A stretch of 32,000 bases of DNA, taken from Candidatus Saccharimonadota bacterium. Its GTDB lineage: Bacteria > Bacteroidota > Bacteroidia > Cytophagales > Amoebophilaceae. The notes beneath the pieces are model-generated. The model ran no database searches. It was not told where the DNA came from and was given only the letters and a program-made list of their open reading frames with translations. The stretch lies in NCBI RefSeq assembly GCF_003351905.1, contig NZ_CP022339.1, forward strand, positions 180,001-212,000, written 5' to 3'. Positions 7,730 to 17,296 of the stretch are shown piece by piece (the first letter of the stretch is position 1; each line of letters starts with the position of its first letter). The translations under genes were made by a program, and so were the position numbers.

Positions 7730-9532
7730 ATGCGCTTCATGTACAAAGCAAGATTCAAGATCGTTGTATTTATTTTTATTTTCTGTGAAAATACATTTTT
7801 GTGGGCTTCTGGTATGGGAAACTATCGATTAAGTCTACTGGGCACACTCGAAAAAAAGGTTTCGGAACATTGGATGCCTATGAAAGCTGAGGGCTTGCGT
7901 TTGCGCTGGCTATATCCTTTTAAAGAAATGGAAAAAAGACCACTGACCGGTGTCGCTAGCACGTTGGCTAGGCCTGAGCAGGTGGCTGTAACAACAGGTG
8001 AGGAACTATTTCTATCGCAAGATGGTGGTCAGACTTTTAGATTGGTAACGGATAGGCATGCGACTGCTCCTTTATCCTATTTTACTTCAGTAGCTATTTC
8101 AGAAGAAAATCCCGACGAATGGATCATTGGTACTTCTTATAGTGGTTTGTATATAACACGCGATGCAGGAAAAAGCTGGCGTGCTATGCCTATAGCGTTA
8201 AAAGCCTTATCCTTTGGTGGCCATTATCATGAAACGATTAATGATATCGCCTACGCGCTTTCAGATCCTGAAAAAGTTTATTTTGCTTATGGACCTTATG
8301 GAAAAATAGCCTTGCTGAATATTAAGACTGGATGTGTTGAGCCTATACCCCCTCTGCCAGAACGACAGGGCATTGTTGCTTTATCTACTACTAAGGTCAA
8401 TGCATCTGTCCGGTTGATGGCTCAAACGCAATCAGCTGTTTGGCACTTTCTGAATAAGAAGTGGTTAAAAAAGTCTACCTTGCCCATCAATTGTACACCT
8501 TATTTTTGCAAGACTAGACGAAAAAAGGTGGAAGACAAAAGAGGCATTTATCTAACAGCTTGGACAGCTAGTAATCTACAGGATTTACGCAAGCATTTTA
8601 TGTTTATCAAGGCGCATGGTATGAATGCCGTTGTGATTGATTTTAAAGATGACTTTGGCTATATCACCTATAATTCTCAAGTTAAAATGGCGCACGAAGC
8701 CAAGGCGGTCCGCCCTATGCTAGATATCAAGGCGATTCGTACTTTAGCAGATGAACTAGATATTCATCTGATTGCGCGTTTTGTACTTTTTAAGGATGAA
8801 AAACTATATCGGTACGACAGCCATCGCTACGCATTATGGGATAAAAAAAGAAATGCGCCATGGGCGCACTTTATAAAAAATCGTGCAGGTCAACTGGTTC
8901 AGAGAGAATATTGGGTGAATCTCTTTTCACCTGAAGTTTGGGAATACAACCTCCAAATCGCCCAAGAATTGCAAGGTCTAGGTATTGATGAAATTCAGTT
9001 TGACTACATTCGGTTACCTTCCGAGGGGCCACTCTATACCATTGCCTGTAGTCACAATATGTACGAAATGAAAGCCATAGATGCCCTAGAGTCTTACTTA
9101 AGAAGGGCACGTGAAGTGTTGACCGTACCTATTTCTGTCAATGTTTTTGGCTACAACGGCTGGTTTTTAACGGATTCGCTCGGGCAAAATATCCAACGAT
9201 TGGCACTTTATGTGGATGCGATTTCTCCCATGACCTATCCTTCTCACTACCACACTACATTTTTGGGGGCTATGTCATACCTAAAAAAGGCACATGTACT
9301 CTATAAAGTAGGATCTGATCGTGCTGTTTTCTATACAAAAGCACAAACTTTTATTCGTCAGTATGTGCAAGCTTTCCTTTTGGGATCAGAAAGGAGTTTT
9401 TCAGAAGAGACCTATTGTAATTATATCAAAGCGCAAATAGAAGGTGTGTATAGTTCAAACGGTTCAGGCTTTTTGCTCTGGAATGCTTCTAATAACTATT
9501 ATATGGTAAAGCAGGATTTGGTGTGTCCGTAA
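7730..9532 (+). CDS. Secreted protein with N-terminal BNR/Asp-box region and C-terminal putative glycoside-hydrolase TIM barrel (DUF4015-like)
   Basis: Signal-like N-terminus. Asp-boxes are SQDGGQTF and TRDAGKSW. The C-terminal half (GIYLTAW...MNAVVIDFKDDFGYITYNS...ARFVLFKDEKL...YWVNLFSPEVWEYNLQIAQELQGLGIDEIQFDYIRLPSEG) matches my memory of the DUF4015 putative glycosyl hydrolase family. Confidence 0.55.
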   Translation: MRFMYKARFKIVVFIFIFCENTFLWASGMGNYRLSLLGTLEKKVSEHWMPMKAEGLRLRWLYPFKEMEKRPLTGVASTLARPEQVAVTTGEELFLSQDGGQTFRLVTDRHATAPLSYFTSVAISEENPDEWIIGTSYSGLYITRDAGKSWRAMPIALKALSFGGHYHETINDIAYALSDPEKVYFAYGPYGKIALLNIKTGCVEPIPPLPERQGIVALSTTKVNASVRLMAQTQSAVWHFLNKKWLKKSTLPINCTPYFCKTRRKKVEDKRGIYLTAWTASNLQDLRKHFMFIKAHGMNAVVIDFKDDFGYITYNSQVKMAHEAKAVRPMLDIKAIRTLADELDIHLIARFVLFKDEKLYRYDSHRYALWDKKRNAPWAHFIKNRAGQLVQREYWVNLFSPEVWEYNLQIAQELQGLGIDEIQFDYIRLPSEGPLYTIACSHNMYEMKAIDALESYLRRAREVLTVPISVNVFGYNGWFLTDSLGQNIQRLALYVDAISPMTYPSHYHTTFLGAMSYLKKAHVLYKVGSDRAVFYTKAQTFIRQYVQAFLLGSERSFSEETYCNYIKAQIEGVYSSNGSGFLLWNASNNYYMVKQDLVCP

Positions 9533-9674
9533 TGATCAAATCTGTATAAATATAAATGAAGGAAAAGAGGGTTTGGTATTTTGGTGTATGCCTTGCTGAT
9601 ATGGATGGTTAGTGGGGCTTCGCTTATAACCGTGCATAAAGGCATGTAGCCTCCGATTTACAATTTTTTTATCT

Positions 9675-11039
9675 ATGCGTTGGTTTTTTATTGTTTTTAC
9701 CTTGCTACCATTCAGTGGGTGGTCTGTTGAGCTATCACAGCCAATCGTTGTGCCAGAGGTAGTGAGATTTGCAAATATGCGGTTGAAGTTTACACGTGGT
9801 GCCCGCAAACAGGTGCAGATAAAAGTAAACCAGCTGACCAGATCTCAAAGATCGTTTAATCAAATATTAGAGCGCACCCATCTTTTTTTCCCATTTATAG
9901 AAAAAATATTGGCCGATGAAAATGTTCCAGATGATTTTAAATTCCAAGCTGTACATGAAAGTATGCTCGTAGGGAATGCGGTAAGTCATACCGAAGATGT
10001 GGGCTTTTGGCAAATTCAAAAGGCAACCGGTTTGGGTTTAAGATTAACTATAGATCATCTTGTAGATGAAAGAATGCACTTAATTCAGTCCACAAAAGCG
10101 GCTGCTCGTTTTTTAAAGATTCACAACCAATATTTTGATAGTTGGTTGGGTGCACTACTGGCTTATAATAGGGGTAGAGCAGGTGCAGTAAAGATTTTTC
10201 CTAAAAAACACTATGGCGCCAGAGTAGTACGATTGGATGATAAGACCGACCAATATATCCTCTCTGTTATAGCTACTAAGTTGGCATTTGGAAGGATCGC
10301 TGGGAAAAAAAAACATGCAAGACTACGGCTGTTGGTCTATGACCAAGGCCACCATGGACAAAGGTTAGAAGATATTGCTGCGCACTTAAATATAGAAGAA
10401 AAATTATTATCTGAACACAATAGATGGCTTAGAACTGCTGTGGTACCCCCTAATACCAAGTGTTCTTTGTTAGTGCCATTGCTGCATACTGATGCACATA
10501 CCCACTCTGTTCTTAAGCTACCCTTAAAAAACAGCGCACCGAAGCAAGGAATAGCAATATCTAAACCACAGGATACCCAACCAGATTATGCCAAGCATTT
10601 ACAGGCTGCTAAAACCTTTCCTGAAATTACCCCTTTGAAGGATGGGCGTTCTGTTAGATTGGTTAAAGCCAATGGCAGATTGGCGATTATAGCTGAAAAA
10701 GGAGACACCATTCCCTATTTAGCCCAGTTAGGCAAACTGGATATAGATAAATTTTTGCTTATAAATGAGATTGACAAAACGCACCAGCTGATACCAAATA
10801 TGGTCTATTATTATCGATCAAAAGGTAGTAAAGGCGGTAGACACTATCATGTCGTAGCATCTGGAGAAGATATATGGCGCATTGCACAACGATATGGTAT
10901 GCAGCGATCTGCTCTTTTGGAAAAAAACCGCATGCAGCAAACAGAACAGTTAGCCAAGGGGCGCATATTATGGTTGCGATTTATTAGACCCCGTAAGTTT
11001 CCAGTAGCCTATCATCAGGCTGTCGCCCAACCCAGCTGA
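9675..11039 (+). CDS. mltD: Membrane-bound lytic murein transglycosylase D-like (SLT domain plus C-terminal LysM)
   Basis: Signal peptide is MRWFFIVFTLLPFSGWS. The SLT block is FKFQAVHESML...EDVGFWQIQKATG...LLAYNRG. A LysM-like block (YHVVASGEDIWRIAQRYGMQRSALLEKN) sits near the C-terminus. Confidence 0.8.
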   Translation: MRWFFIVFTLLPFSGWSVELSQPIVVPEVVRFANMRLKFTRGARKQVQIKVNQLTRSQRSFNQILERTHLFFPFIEKILADENVPDDFKFQAVHESMLVGNAVSHTEDVGFWQIQKATGLGLRLTIDHLVDERMHLIQSTKAAARFLKIHNQYFDSWLGALLAYNRGRAGAVKIFPKKHYGARVVRLDDKTDQYILSVIATKLAFGRIAGKKKHARLRLLVYDQGHHGQRLEDIAAHLNIEEKLLSEHNRWLRTAVVPPNTKCSLLVPLLHTDAHTHSVLKLPLKNSAPKQGIAISKPQDTQPDYAKHLQAAKTFPEITPLKDGRSVRLVKANGRLAIIAEKGDTIPYLAQLGKLDIDKFLLINEIDKTHQLIPNMVYYYRSKGSKGGRHYHVVASGEDIWRIAQRYGMQRSALLEKNRMQQTEQLAKGRILWLRFIRPRKFPVAYHQAVAQPS

Positions 11040-11077
11040 TGTTTTATTTTGTTACTTTATAGTAGCCACTATAAATT

Positions 11078-11298
11078 GTATGTGTTCAGCGCAGTGGTTT
11101 TTTGCGTTAAAAGAGCAACGCCCCTGAAAAAAGTCGCGGTTTAGAAAGTGGCATTTTACAGATGATTAGGAAAAACAGTTTCCTTTTAAGCCCCCGTAGG
11201 GGGCGCTTTCTGTTTTGCCATCTGTAAGATGACACTTTCAGCGACTTTTTACCGAGGGCTTGATTTTTTTGTCCACTTTTTTATCAAGAAAAAAGTGG
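11078..11298 (+). repeat. Family-A intergenic repeat interrupted by a nested insertion
   Basis: 11078..11104 (gtatgtgttcagcgcagtggttttttg) and 11271..11298 (gtccacttttttatcaagaaaaaagtgg) are contiguous in the copy at 528..585. Confidence 0.8.
11105..11264. mobile_element. About 160-bp non-coding palindromic MITE-like element with a candidate 7-bp target duplication (ttttttg)
   Basis: Imperfect terminal inverted arms: left ..gcccctgaaaaaagtcgcggtttagaaagtggcattttacagatg; right catctgtaagatgacactttcagcgactttttaccgagggc... The central GC hairpin is gcccccGTAgggggc (11190..11204). ttttttg flanks both sides (11098..11104 and 11265..11271). An empty site exists at 528..585. Confidence 0.7.
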
Positions 11299-11309
11299 AA
11301 TAAAATGCA

Positions 11310-13094
11310 TTATGAACTAGTATCGTGAACAGATACTATAAATTTATCTTTAGCAAAGCGCAGTACTGGAATATGCTGATTAGCATGATGTTTGCCATAG
11401 GCTACCCCCTGAAAAATAAGGCTATTGTAATGCATATTTCCCCATTCTTTTTGAAAATAGGTGCCATAACGTCCTAGCATTCTTCCAAAGAATACCATCA
11501 TTTCATAACCAATGTAACTTTTTTCATTGGGTTCTGTAGCATTTTGTTCAAAAAACTTTTTACGAAATGCATGTAAAGCAGGCCTACTATAGTCGATATA
11601 ATGAGGAGATAAAAATAGAATAGGGAATTTTTTTAGTTGATGGATATTGAGTATTTCCTTTTTGATCCATTGTTCATGTCCTATAATGTGTGGCTTAATA
11701 CCCAGTTTTAAACAGAGGCTTATTACGTTTGAAACCAGCAGTTCATCTTGAGATGGTACATAGATATGGGTAAGCTTGTTGAGCGCTAAGCTATCTTGTT
11801 CAGTGGCTTCAGGGTTTTCGTCTTCTTGGCTGATTGCTTGTTCAAAAAAACTTTTGATCGTTGCACTAGAAAGTTGTACAAATAGATCTATTGGCCTACC
11901 TAATTGCTGTTCAACTTTCTGCTTATAGCATGTTGCTTGCAATACATCTTTCTGCTCCATGCCATAAAAAACGCCTATACAAGGTTCCTCTATGGCTGTA
12001 TGATGTAGGTCGTTGAGTGTAAGTGTTGCTGCTTTTTGGGCACAAGTTTCCAAATCTGGCTGAAAAAGAAAGGTAAATGGGTTCCCTTGGGTGACAGCAG
12101 GGTTATCTGAAATAGGATTCACAAGATTAATTTTATGTTTTTTAGCAAATGCAGTAACTAATTGAGTCGTATCAGGGTAGAGCGGACCTATGATGAGATC
12201 CATATAGGGCATGGCTTCTTGTGCAAGTAATGATTGGGTAATCGCTACATTTCTTTTGGTATCAAAGGCAAAAAGGTTGATAACAATACCCTCTTGCGCA
12301 AGCCTTTCTATGGCCAGTTGGATGCCCTGATAGAGCGCAATAACAAATTGGTCTGTACATGCTGCATAATTCAATTCTTCTACAAAGAAGGGTAAAAAAA
12401 CAGCTACATTATAAATAGTTTTTTGCTTAGAGGTCAAGTTTTTCAAAGGGTCGTATATATAATCTGAAAAATTGTATTGCTGTTTTAACCGCTGTAGTGG
12501 CGCAAAGTCTTGGGTGAGATAAGCCTTTCGGGCAGCTTTTTTGTGTAAAATAGTTTTGATAAGTGGATCCTTTGGAAATTGTTCAATCAACGCTTGCAAA
12601 GTTTCATGATGGTCTATTTGTTTAAGGAAATATTTTTTCATTTGTAGCACTGACTGAGCCATACGCTTGTCTTTAATGCAAGCAAGTGCTGCTAATGCTT
12701 GTGCGCCATCTCCTGCTTCAAAGCTGCATTGTGCAGACCAGTAATAGATTTCATCTTGTTTGTTCCAATCTGGGAATTGGGTTTGTAGCTCCAAAAAAGT
12801 TTGTCTAGCGGTTGTTTTATCTCCATGGTGGTAGGCTGCTAATGCATAGTAAAAATGAATATAGGGGGCAAGGGCAGTGGGAGCGGCCATCTGCTTCAGC
12901 CTATCAAATAATGTTTTGGCCTCAGCATAATCCCCTGTTTTGTAAACTTTTTTGGCCGCTTCATATGCCGAAAATAGAAGCTGCGTATGGCGACTGGATG
13001 GACTACCTTTTGCTATTCCTATAGGGTACCATAATAAAAGTAGTAATAGGGAAACGTTTATGGTGCTGCTTGCTTTCTTTATATACAAAGGCAT
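11310..13094 (-). CDS. Secreted TPR-repeat protein with C-terminal periplasmic-binding-protein-like (type 1 PBP/LpoA-like) region; function unknown
   Basis: 594 aa with a signal-like N-terminus. TPR-like helices (GDYAEAKTLFDRL..., YYALAAYHHGD...A...F). The remainder resembles Leu/Ile/Val-binding-fold proteins that are common next to cell-wall genes in Bacteroidota. This is a weak, memory-based assignment. Confidence 0.45.
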   Translation of the reverse strand: MPLYIKKASSTINVSLLLLLLWYPIGIAKGSPSSRHTQLLFSAYEAAKKVYKTGDYAEAKTLFDRLKQMAAPTALAPYIHFYYALAAYHHGDKTTARQTFLELQTQFPDWNKQDEIYYWSAQCSFEAGDGAQALAALACIKDKRMAQSVLQMKKYFLKQIDHHETLQALIEQFPKDPLIKTILHKKAARKAYLTQDFAPLQRLKQQYNFSDYIYDPLKNLTSKQKTIYNVAVFLPFFVEELNYAACTDQFVIALYQGIQLAIERLAQEGIVINLFAFDTKRNVAITQSLLAQEAMPYMDLIIGPLYPDTTQLVTAFAKKHKINLVNPISDNPAVTQGNPFTFLFQPDLETCAQKAATLTLNDLHHTAIEEPCIGVFYGMEQKDVLQATCYKQKVEQQLGRPIDLFVQLSSATIKSFFEQAISQEDENPEATEQDSLALNKLTHIYVPSQDELLVSNVISLCLKLGIKPHIIGHEQWIKKEILNIHQLKKFPILFLSPHYIDYSRPALHAFRKKFFEQNATEPNEKSYIGYEMMVFFGRMLGRYGTYFQKEWGNMHYNSLIFQGVAYGKHHANQHIPVLRFAKDKFIVSVHDTSS

Positions 13095-13171
13095 AATGTA
13101 GATAGATCTAATTTCGTGTAGATGGGACAGGTTAACCAGCTATTGTGTTATATAACGGTGCAGCAATTTTG

Positions 13172-13265
13172 AAGCCCCCAAAGGGGGCGCTTTCTGTTTT
13201 TCCCGCTGGGCAACAGATCATTCCCTTATTTTTACTGCGTGCTAGCTTTTTACTGTCGGGCATGA
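13172..13265 (+). repeat. Diverged centre plus right-arm copy of the MITE-like element
   Basis: aagcccccaaagggggcgctttctgtttt (13172..13200) matches 11188..11216 with 2 mismatches, both in the hairpin loop. Downstream, tagctttttactgtcgggc resembles the right arm cagcgactttttaccgagggc. Confidence 0.65.
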
Positions 13266-13315
13266 GCATGTACTAACTAGCCATTGTCATCTCTGTGCTA
13301 GCATAGATTGCCCTC

Positions 13316-13344
13316 AAGCCCCCGCCATTGCTTGAACACATACT
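13316..13344 (-). repeat. 3'-end motif copy abutting the clpB stop codon (minus-strand reading: AGTATGTGTTCAAGCAATGGCGGGGGCTT)
   Basis: Direct match to 4471..4499 and to the family-A end GTATGTGTTCAGCGCAGTGG. Confidence 0.65.
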
Positions 13345-15939
13345 CTATTTTTTATTTAAAAATACCACTGCTCCTTTTTTGTAACCAATCAGAATAGGTT
13401 GCTCTTTGGTAATATGTCCAGATAGCAATGCTTTAGACAATTCATTGAGTACCATGCGTTGCATTAAGCGCTTGAGTGGCCTTGCTCCAAATTGCAAGCT
13501 ATATCCTTCTTGCGATAGGTAGTCTATTAAACCTTCATCGAGCTGGATGATTATGCCATTCCTTTGTAGATCTGCTTTAAGTTTTGCTACCTGAATATGC
13601 ACAATATCTTTAATCACCCTTTTGGAAAGTGGATTAAACATAATGATTTCATCTACTCGATTTAAAAACTCTGGACGCATGTGCTTTTGAAGCAATTGCA
13701 TAACGGCTTCTTTGGTTTCTGTTAATACTTCTTGAGCAGGTAGATCTTCAATGCCTTCAAATCTACTTTGAATCAGATGGGCCCCCATGTTACTAGTCAT
13801 AATAATAATGGTATTTTTAAAATTTGCCGTTCTACCTTTATTATCCGTTAGCCTACCATCATCCAATACCTGCAACAGGATATTAAAAACATCTGGGTGC
13901 GCTTTTTCTATTTCATCTAATAGAATAACTGAATAGGGCTTGGTCCGTACCGCTTCCGTCAGTTGACCCCCTTCATCATATCCTATATAGCCAGGGGGTG
14001 CACCAATGAGCCGACTAACCGCATGTTTTTCTTGGTATTCAGAGATGTCTATGCGAATCATAGCCTGTTCATCATTGAATAAGAACTGTGCCAGTGCTTT
14101 GGCTAATTCGGTTTTACCTACTCCAGTAGTACCTAAAAAAATAAAAGAACCAATAGGCTTACGAGGGTCCTGTAGTTCGGCACGGCTTCTACGTACGGCA
14201 TCCGCAATAGCCTGAATGGCTTCTGTTTGTCCTGCCACACGCCCAGCCAGTACAGCTTCTAAGTGCAGCAGCTTTTCTCGCTCGTCTTGTAGCATTTTAG
14301 CGACAGGAATACCCGTCCGTTGTGCGATAATTTCAGCAATGTCTTCCTGTGTGACTTCTTCTTTAAAAAGTGGACTCGTCTCACGTAATGCTTCTACCTT
14401 TTCTTGTAGTTCCTTGAGTTTTTTTTCTGCCTCGATAAGCCTTCCATATCGGATTTCTGCCACCTTACCATAGTCAAAGCTGCGTTCAGCTTGTTCAGCA
14501 TCCAAACGCAATTGTTCAATTTGCTTTTTCTGTATACTGATGCCATGCATAATGGATTTGTCATGCTCCCATTTTGATTGGAGCGTTTGTTTCTTTTCAT
14601 TTAGATCGGCAATGGTTTTAGAAAGTACTTCCAGCTTCACTATATCTTGCTCTTTTCGAATCGCTTCCCTTTCAATTTCCAATTCGGTAATTTTGCGTTG
14701 TATTTGATCTAAATCCACAGGAACTGCATCTAAATCAATACGCTTTTTGGCAGCAGCTTCATCCATAACATCTATGGCTTTATCAGGTAGAAAGCCCGGT
14801 AGGTAACGATCAGAGAGACGCACTGTTGCAGTGACTGCATTGTCTTTAATACGTATGCCATGATGCAGTTCATATTTTGGTTTTATACCTCGTATAATAG
14901 AAACCGCATCTTCCTGACTCGGTTCATCTACCATTATAACTTGGAACCGTCTTTCTAGCGCTTTGTCCTTTTCTATATATTTTTGATATTCCTTTAAGGT
15001 AGTTGCACCAATGGCATGTAGTTCTCCACGTGCAAGTGCTGGTTTAAGTAGGTTCGCTGCATCCATAGCACCTTCCCCAGAGGCACCTGCCCCAATCAAC
15101 ATGTGGATTTCATCAATAAAAAGAATAAATGCCCCATTAGAATCTACTACTTCCTTAATAACAGCTTTCAATCGCTCTTCAAACTCACCTTTGTATTTGG
15201 CACCAGCAATCAAAAGACCTAAGTCTAATGCAAAGATTACCTTAGATTTAATGTTTTCAGGTACATCACCAGATACAATTCTTTGCGCCAATCCCTCTAC
15301 AATAGCCGTTTTACCTACACCAGGTTCTCCAATTAATAGAGGGTTGCTTTTCGTTCTACGTGAAATAATTTGTACCGTTCTGCGTGATTCTTCGTCACGC
15401 CCAATGACTGGATCTATTTTACCTTCTTTAACCAGTTGATTTAAATTTTTTGCGTAACGTTCCAGCGATCTGTATTTAGACTCTGCAGTAGGATCCGTCA
15501 CTTTATGTGTGCCCCGTAAAGTCTGAATGGCTGTTAGCAACGGTTTTTCTTCTATGCCATGCTTTTTCATTAACGCTGCCGTTTTATCTGTACCTGTACA
15601 GAGGCTTAAAAGTAAATGGTCAACTGCAATAAAATCATCACCTAATTGTTTTTTATAACTGGCTGCGCCACGCAAGGTAACATCCAGGTTTGGTGACAAA
15701 TAAGGCTGTTGACCAGATGCTTTTGGGTAGGTTTGGATCAGTTGATCTAAGGCTTGTTCCAAAGGCATTAAAGCCACTTGAAGTTGCTGTGTAAGGAAGG
15801 TAATATGTGCTTCATTGCTGCTTAAAATAGCCTTGAGTAAGTGACTATTTTCAATAGTCAATTGTTGATTTGCTTGCGCAACTGCTATCGCGCCTTGTAT
15901 CGCTTCTTGTGCTTTAATCGTATATTGCCCAAAGTCCAT
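13345..15939 (-). CDS. clpB: ATP-dependent chaperone/disaggregase ClpB
   Basis: 864 aa. It has a Clp N-domain, two P-loops (GEPGVGKT and GTTGVGKT) and a long coiled-coil middle domain between the NBDs. The C-terminal block GARPLKR is conserved. Confidence 0.97.
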   Translation of the reverse strand: MDFGQYTIKAQEAIQGAIAVAQANQQLTIENSHLLKAILSSNEAHITFLTQQLQVALMPLEQALDQLIQTYPKASGQQPYLSPNLDVTLRGAASYKKQLGDDFIAVDHLLLSLCTGTDKTAALMKKHGIEEKPLLTAIQTLRGTHKVTDPTAESKYRSLERYAKNLNQLVKEGKIDPVIGRDEESRRTVQIISRRTKSNPLLIGEPGVGKTAIVEGLAQRIVSGDVPENIKSKVIFALDLGLLIAGAKYKGEFEERLKAVIKEVVDSNGAFILFIDEIHMLIGAGASGEGAMDAANLLKPALARGELHAIGATTLKEYQKYIEKDKALERRFQVIMVDEPSQEDAVSIIRGIKPKYELHHGIRIKDNAVTATVRLSDRYLPGFLPDKAIDVMDEAAAKKRIDLDAVPVDLDQIQRKITELEIEREAIRKEQDIVKLEVLSKTIADLNEKKQTLQSKWEHDKSIMHGISIQKKQIEQLRLDAEQAERSFDYGKVAEIRYGRLIEAEKKLKELQEKVEALRETSPLFKEEVTQEDIAEIIAQRTGIPVAKMLQDEREKLLHLEAVLAGRVAGQTEAIQAIADAVRRSRAELQDPRKPIGSFIFLGTTGVGKTELAKALAQFLFNDEQAMIRIDISEYQEKHAVSRLIGAPPGYIGYDEGGQLTEAVRTKPYSVILLDEIEKAHPDVFNILLQVLDDGRLTDNKGRTANFKNTIIIMTSNMGAHLIQSRFEGIEDLPAQEVLTETKEAVMQLLQKHMRPEFLNRVDEIIMFNPLSKRVIKDIVHIQVAKLKADLQRNGIIIQLDEGLIDYLSQEGYSLQFGARPLKRLMQRMVLNELSKALLSGHITKEQPILIGYKKGAVVFLNKK

Positions 15940-16002
15940 ACTGCTGAAGATTGTTTACTATTTTACTGCTCTTAATTTAAATATAGTAATTTTTGTCTGT
16001 CT

Positions 16003-16024
16003 ATCATTCAGCGCGTTGAATGAT
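16003..16024. promoter_or_regulatory. 8-bp-stem palindrome atcattca-gcgcgt-tgaatgat upstream of clpB (candidate operator; speculative)
   Basis: A perfect inverted repeat lies about 65-85 bp upstream of the clpB start in the clpB/ANK divergent intergenic region. I do not recognise it as a known motif. Confidence 0.15.
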
Positions 16025-16208
16025 GGTAAGGGTACTATAGCCCTTTACGCTTCCCATGGCAAATCGATGAGATGCATCTATCTATGCCGATTGTATCGGT
16101 TCCATTATTCCCATTTTATATGTATAATCTATTGTAGGTATTACGGCAGCAGTAATTGGATATTTTGAATATCCAAGTGGTTTTATTTTAACATTTTAAT
16201 GTGTAGTT

Positions 16209-17072
16209 ATGCTTATTATATGGTTTTTATTGTCCTTATTAAAGCATACTTTACTTTCTTCTTGTGTAGCGGATCATTTAAGCACTAAACCTGAATGTAG
16301 TGTTAAAGAGAAACAAACTGAACAAAAGACGCTAGAAGATCTGGTCAAGTTAGTTGTAGAACGTATATGTGTGCCTCATAGTCAAAATAAATTTTTTGAA
16401 AAAGATGAACAAGGGCGTAATCCTATACACCATGCAATTTTAAATGATAAGCCTAATGTTCTTGCCATCATCCTTAAAAATTCGGTGAACAATAGCTTTA
16501 TTACTGCTTTGATCAATGCACAAGATAATGATCGCAATACCCCGCTCATTATGGCAACACAAGAGGGTAATCAAGATATGGTCAAGCTGCTACTCGAGCA
16601 GCCAAATATTGACGTTAACAAAACAAATCGTGAGGGTAATACCCCGCTCATGATGGCAACACAAAAGGGTAAAGAAGATATAGTCAAGATGCTACTCAAG
16701 CAGCCAAATATTGACGTTAATAAAAAAAATATTGAGGGTAATACCGCACTTGGAATGGCAGTCAAGAATAAGAAGCATCCAGCAATAGTTCAAAGCTTGT
16801 TGCTTGATAACCGTGTTAATCCAAACTTAACTTGCTCCAAGAACGCAGCGTATTCACGCCCATGTGAATATCTATTAATGTGGCTCCAAATTAATTATAT
16901 AAGAGAATGTATAAATCGAGAAGAAAAAGAGGGAAGTATAAGAATGCTTAAGGCGTTCTTAAAAAGAAAAGAAATTAATATTCAGTCATTGGATTTTGAC
17001 ATACTTAAATTTGCGCAAGAGCTCAATGACAAAGAATTATTAAACCTCATTAATCACGTTTTAGGTTCCTAG
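16209..17072 (+). CDS. Ankyrin-repeat protein with lipobox-like signal peptide
   Basis: N-terminus is MLIIWFLLSLLKHTLLSSC (L-S-S-C). ANK units of the form GNTPLMMATQ.G..D.VK.LL.QPNIDVNK. Confidence 0.85.
   Translation: MLIIWFLLSLLKHTLLSSCVADHLSTKPECSVKEKQTEQKTLEDLVKLVVERICVPHSQNKFFEKDEQGRNPIHHAILNDKPNVLAIILKNSVNNSFITALINAQDNDRNTPLIMATQEGNQDMVKLLLEQPNIDVNKTNREGNTPLMMATQKGKEDIVKMLLKQPNIDVNKKNIEGNTALGMAVKNKKHPAIVQSLLLDNRVNPNLTCSKNAAYSRPCEYLLMWLQINYIRECINREEKEGSIRMLKAFLKRKEINIQSLDFDILKFAQELNDKELLNLINHVLGS
16536..16739 (+). repeat. Two tandem 102-bp units (34-aa ANK repeats), roughly 11 mismatches by eye
   Basis: Units 16536..16637 and 16638..16739 align end to end. A third, diverged unit starts at 16740. 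Confidence 0.85.
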
Positions 17073-17296
17073 TCAAAGTTATTCCTGTAGGGTGAGAGTG
17101 TTTGTTAAACGATAGACGTCAAGGTAACGCTAGGATGTCGATGTACTTAAACTAAAGCCAACTGTAGTAGTCAAGATTTGACCTGACAATTATTAACTTT
17201 GTATTGGATATACAATAGCAATGCCATATGTATCTAGGTCCTATTTATGATAACCTATATGTAAATAGATGCAATAGCTTTAAATGTTCTGATGGC

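Noticed and set aside
9536-9808. 90-aa minus-strand ORF between the DUF4015-like gene and the mltD-like gene.
   Set aside because: It overlaps the signal-peptide-encoding start of the well-supported mltD-like ORF on the other strand, and no family resemblance is visible.
14006-15439. ORFs of 69, 85, 68 and 142 aa (14006..14215, 14216..14473, 14394..14600, 15011..15439) lying inside clpB; three are antisense and 14394..14600 is in an alternative frame on the same strand.
   Set aside because: They lie entirely within a strongly supported 864-aa ClpB reading frame. Their composition is Ser/Ala/Cys-rich and low-complexity, as expected for shadow frames, and none shows a recognisable motif.
16158-16174. 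Small hairpin ggatatt-ttg-aatatcc 35 bp upstream of the second ANK gene.
   Set aside because: A 7-bp AT-rich stem in AT-rich DNA is expected by chance, and it does not recur elsewhere in the window.
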